A DNA stretch of 63,490 nt, counting the filler, from Octopus bimaculoides (Eukaryota): NCBI RefSeq assembly GCF_001194135.2. It is 7 parts of 6 records of this genome, joined end to end, with 100 filler letters (N's around TTAATTAATTAA, not from the genome) between each part and the next. Parts side by side here need not be neighbours in the genome. Positions count along the whole stretch, not along the records: positions 60,532 to 63,490 come from NC_068987.1; 6 more parts are not named here. The stretch is one strand, 5' to 3'. The notes beneath the pieces were generated by a model that saw nothing but the letters and a program-made list of their open reading frames with translations, was not told where the DNA came from and searched no databases. Below are positions 62,504 through 63,490 of the stretch, one piece after another (within the stretch, counting starts at the first letter, position 1; every line of letters begins with the position of its first letter). Made by a program: the position numbers and the translations under genes.

Positions 62504-63013
62504 ACCATCACTTGACAACTGGTGTTGGTGTTTTTACGTCCCTGGATCTTAGCGGTTCGGCAAAAGAGGTCGACTTTGCTTTTCATTCTTTCGGGGGTTG
62601 GATAAAATAAGTACCAGTTGTAATCTACTTACTCCCACCCCCACGCCACCCCGAAACTATTGGCCTTGTGGCCAAACTTGAAACCGTTATTTATATCTAT
62701 AATTAAGTAATAAATGCAAATACAAGTCAATTTAACAAGAAATAAACACTCTCCACTTTTTCAAATTTCTCTCATTCTTTCCCTCTTTCTGTCTATCTCT
62801 GTTTCTGTCACTGCTCACACACACAAACCCACGCATACACATACACACACAGTGACACATATACACATATTGGTAAATATATATGTATATATGCACAATA
62901 TGTATATATATATATATATATATTATGTGCATATATATTATGTATATGCATGTGTATATGTGTGTGTATGTGTTTGCAAGTGTGTGTGTGTGCGAGCGTG
63001 TGTGTGTGCGCGC

Positions 63014-63044
<31 letters not shown>

Positions 63045-63224
63045 TGCGCGCGCGTGTGTGTGTGTGAATGCTTAATGAATCCAGGCCTAATTAAGTGTTT
63101 TAAGTGTAATCAACATCAATGTTTTGTGATTCGTTTGATGATTTGAAAATCCTTTTAATTATTTTGTGATAATTATAATTTAAATAAAAATATTTATCAT
63201 TTATTTTTCATTAATTACCCGTTT

Positions 63225-63445
63225 GAGTGGCAGTGGATTGGCAAACCCTTTAGCGCGTCGAACAAATTGGATAGCGGTTTGTTTTCCAGACCTTCACGTT
63301 CTAGGTTCAAATACCACAGAGGTCAACCTTGCCTTTCGTGCTTTCGAGATCGATAAAATAAGTACCTATTGAGTACTGGAATCGATGTAATAATCTTACC
63401 CCCCTCTCTCGAAATTGCTGGCCTTGTGTCAAAATTTAAAACCAA
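63225..63445 (+). mobile_element. SINE family B, diverged
   Basis: Seen: TTCTAGGTTCAAATACCACAGAGGTCAACCTTGCC...GATAAAATAAGTACC...GGCCTTGTGTCAAAATT. Confidence 0.7.
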
Positions 63446-63490
63446 TATTTGTTCAAAAAAGAGAAAAAAAAGGTGGTGAGCTGGCAGATT

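Noticed and set aside
15883-63146. Many ORF-track ORFs of the YVCM/HTHT/IYIY/poly-X type
   Set aside because: They are translations of microsatellites or N gaps, with no coding evidence.

Overview
AT-rich, gappy eukaryotic scaffold. I infer a coleoid cephalopod (Octopus-like) from the tRNA-derived SINE families and the microsatellite load. There are no prokaryotic features and no CRISPR array. The window is at least 7 contigs joined by artificial 44N-TTAATTAATTAA-44N six-frame-stop linkers, so adjacency across linkers is not evidence of linkage. Most sequence is transposon fossil: a full-length mariner (DD34D), a Tc1-like transposase with DD36E spacing, a Gypsy element carrying a nested solo LTR, a hAT fragment, several RTE/CR1/RLE LINE pieces, a Helentron-type non-autonomous element, MITEs and about 30 SINE copies. 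Host-gene evidence is limited. It consists of one ABC-transporter-like terminal exon (32264-32350, minus) and several well-flanked small minus-strand exons of an unidentified gene in the CpG-depleted first contig. The most interesting signal is a set of hammerhead-ribozyme folds. One has a canonical core and sits inside a tRNA-headed SINE with a 12-bp target-site duplication (58309-58577). Two near-identical copies with a CUGUUGA variant core lie in a Penelope-LTR-like repeat (56287-56323, 60624-60660). All family assignments come from by-eye motif recognition, not database searches, and most repeat boundaries are approximate.
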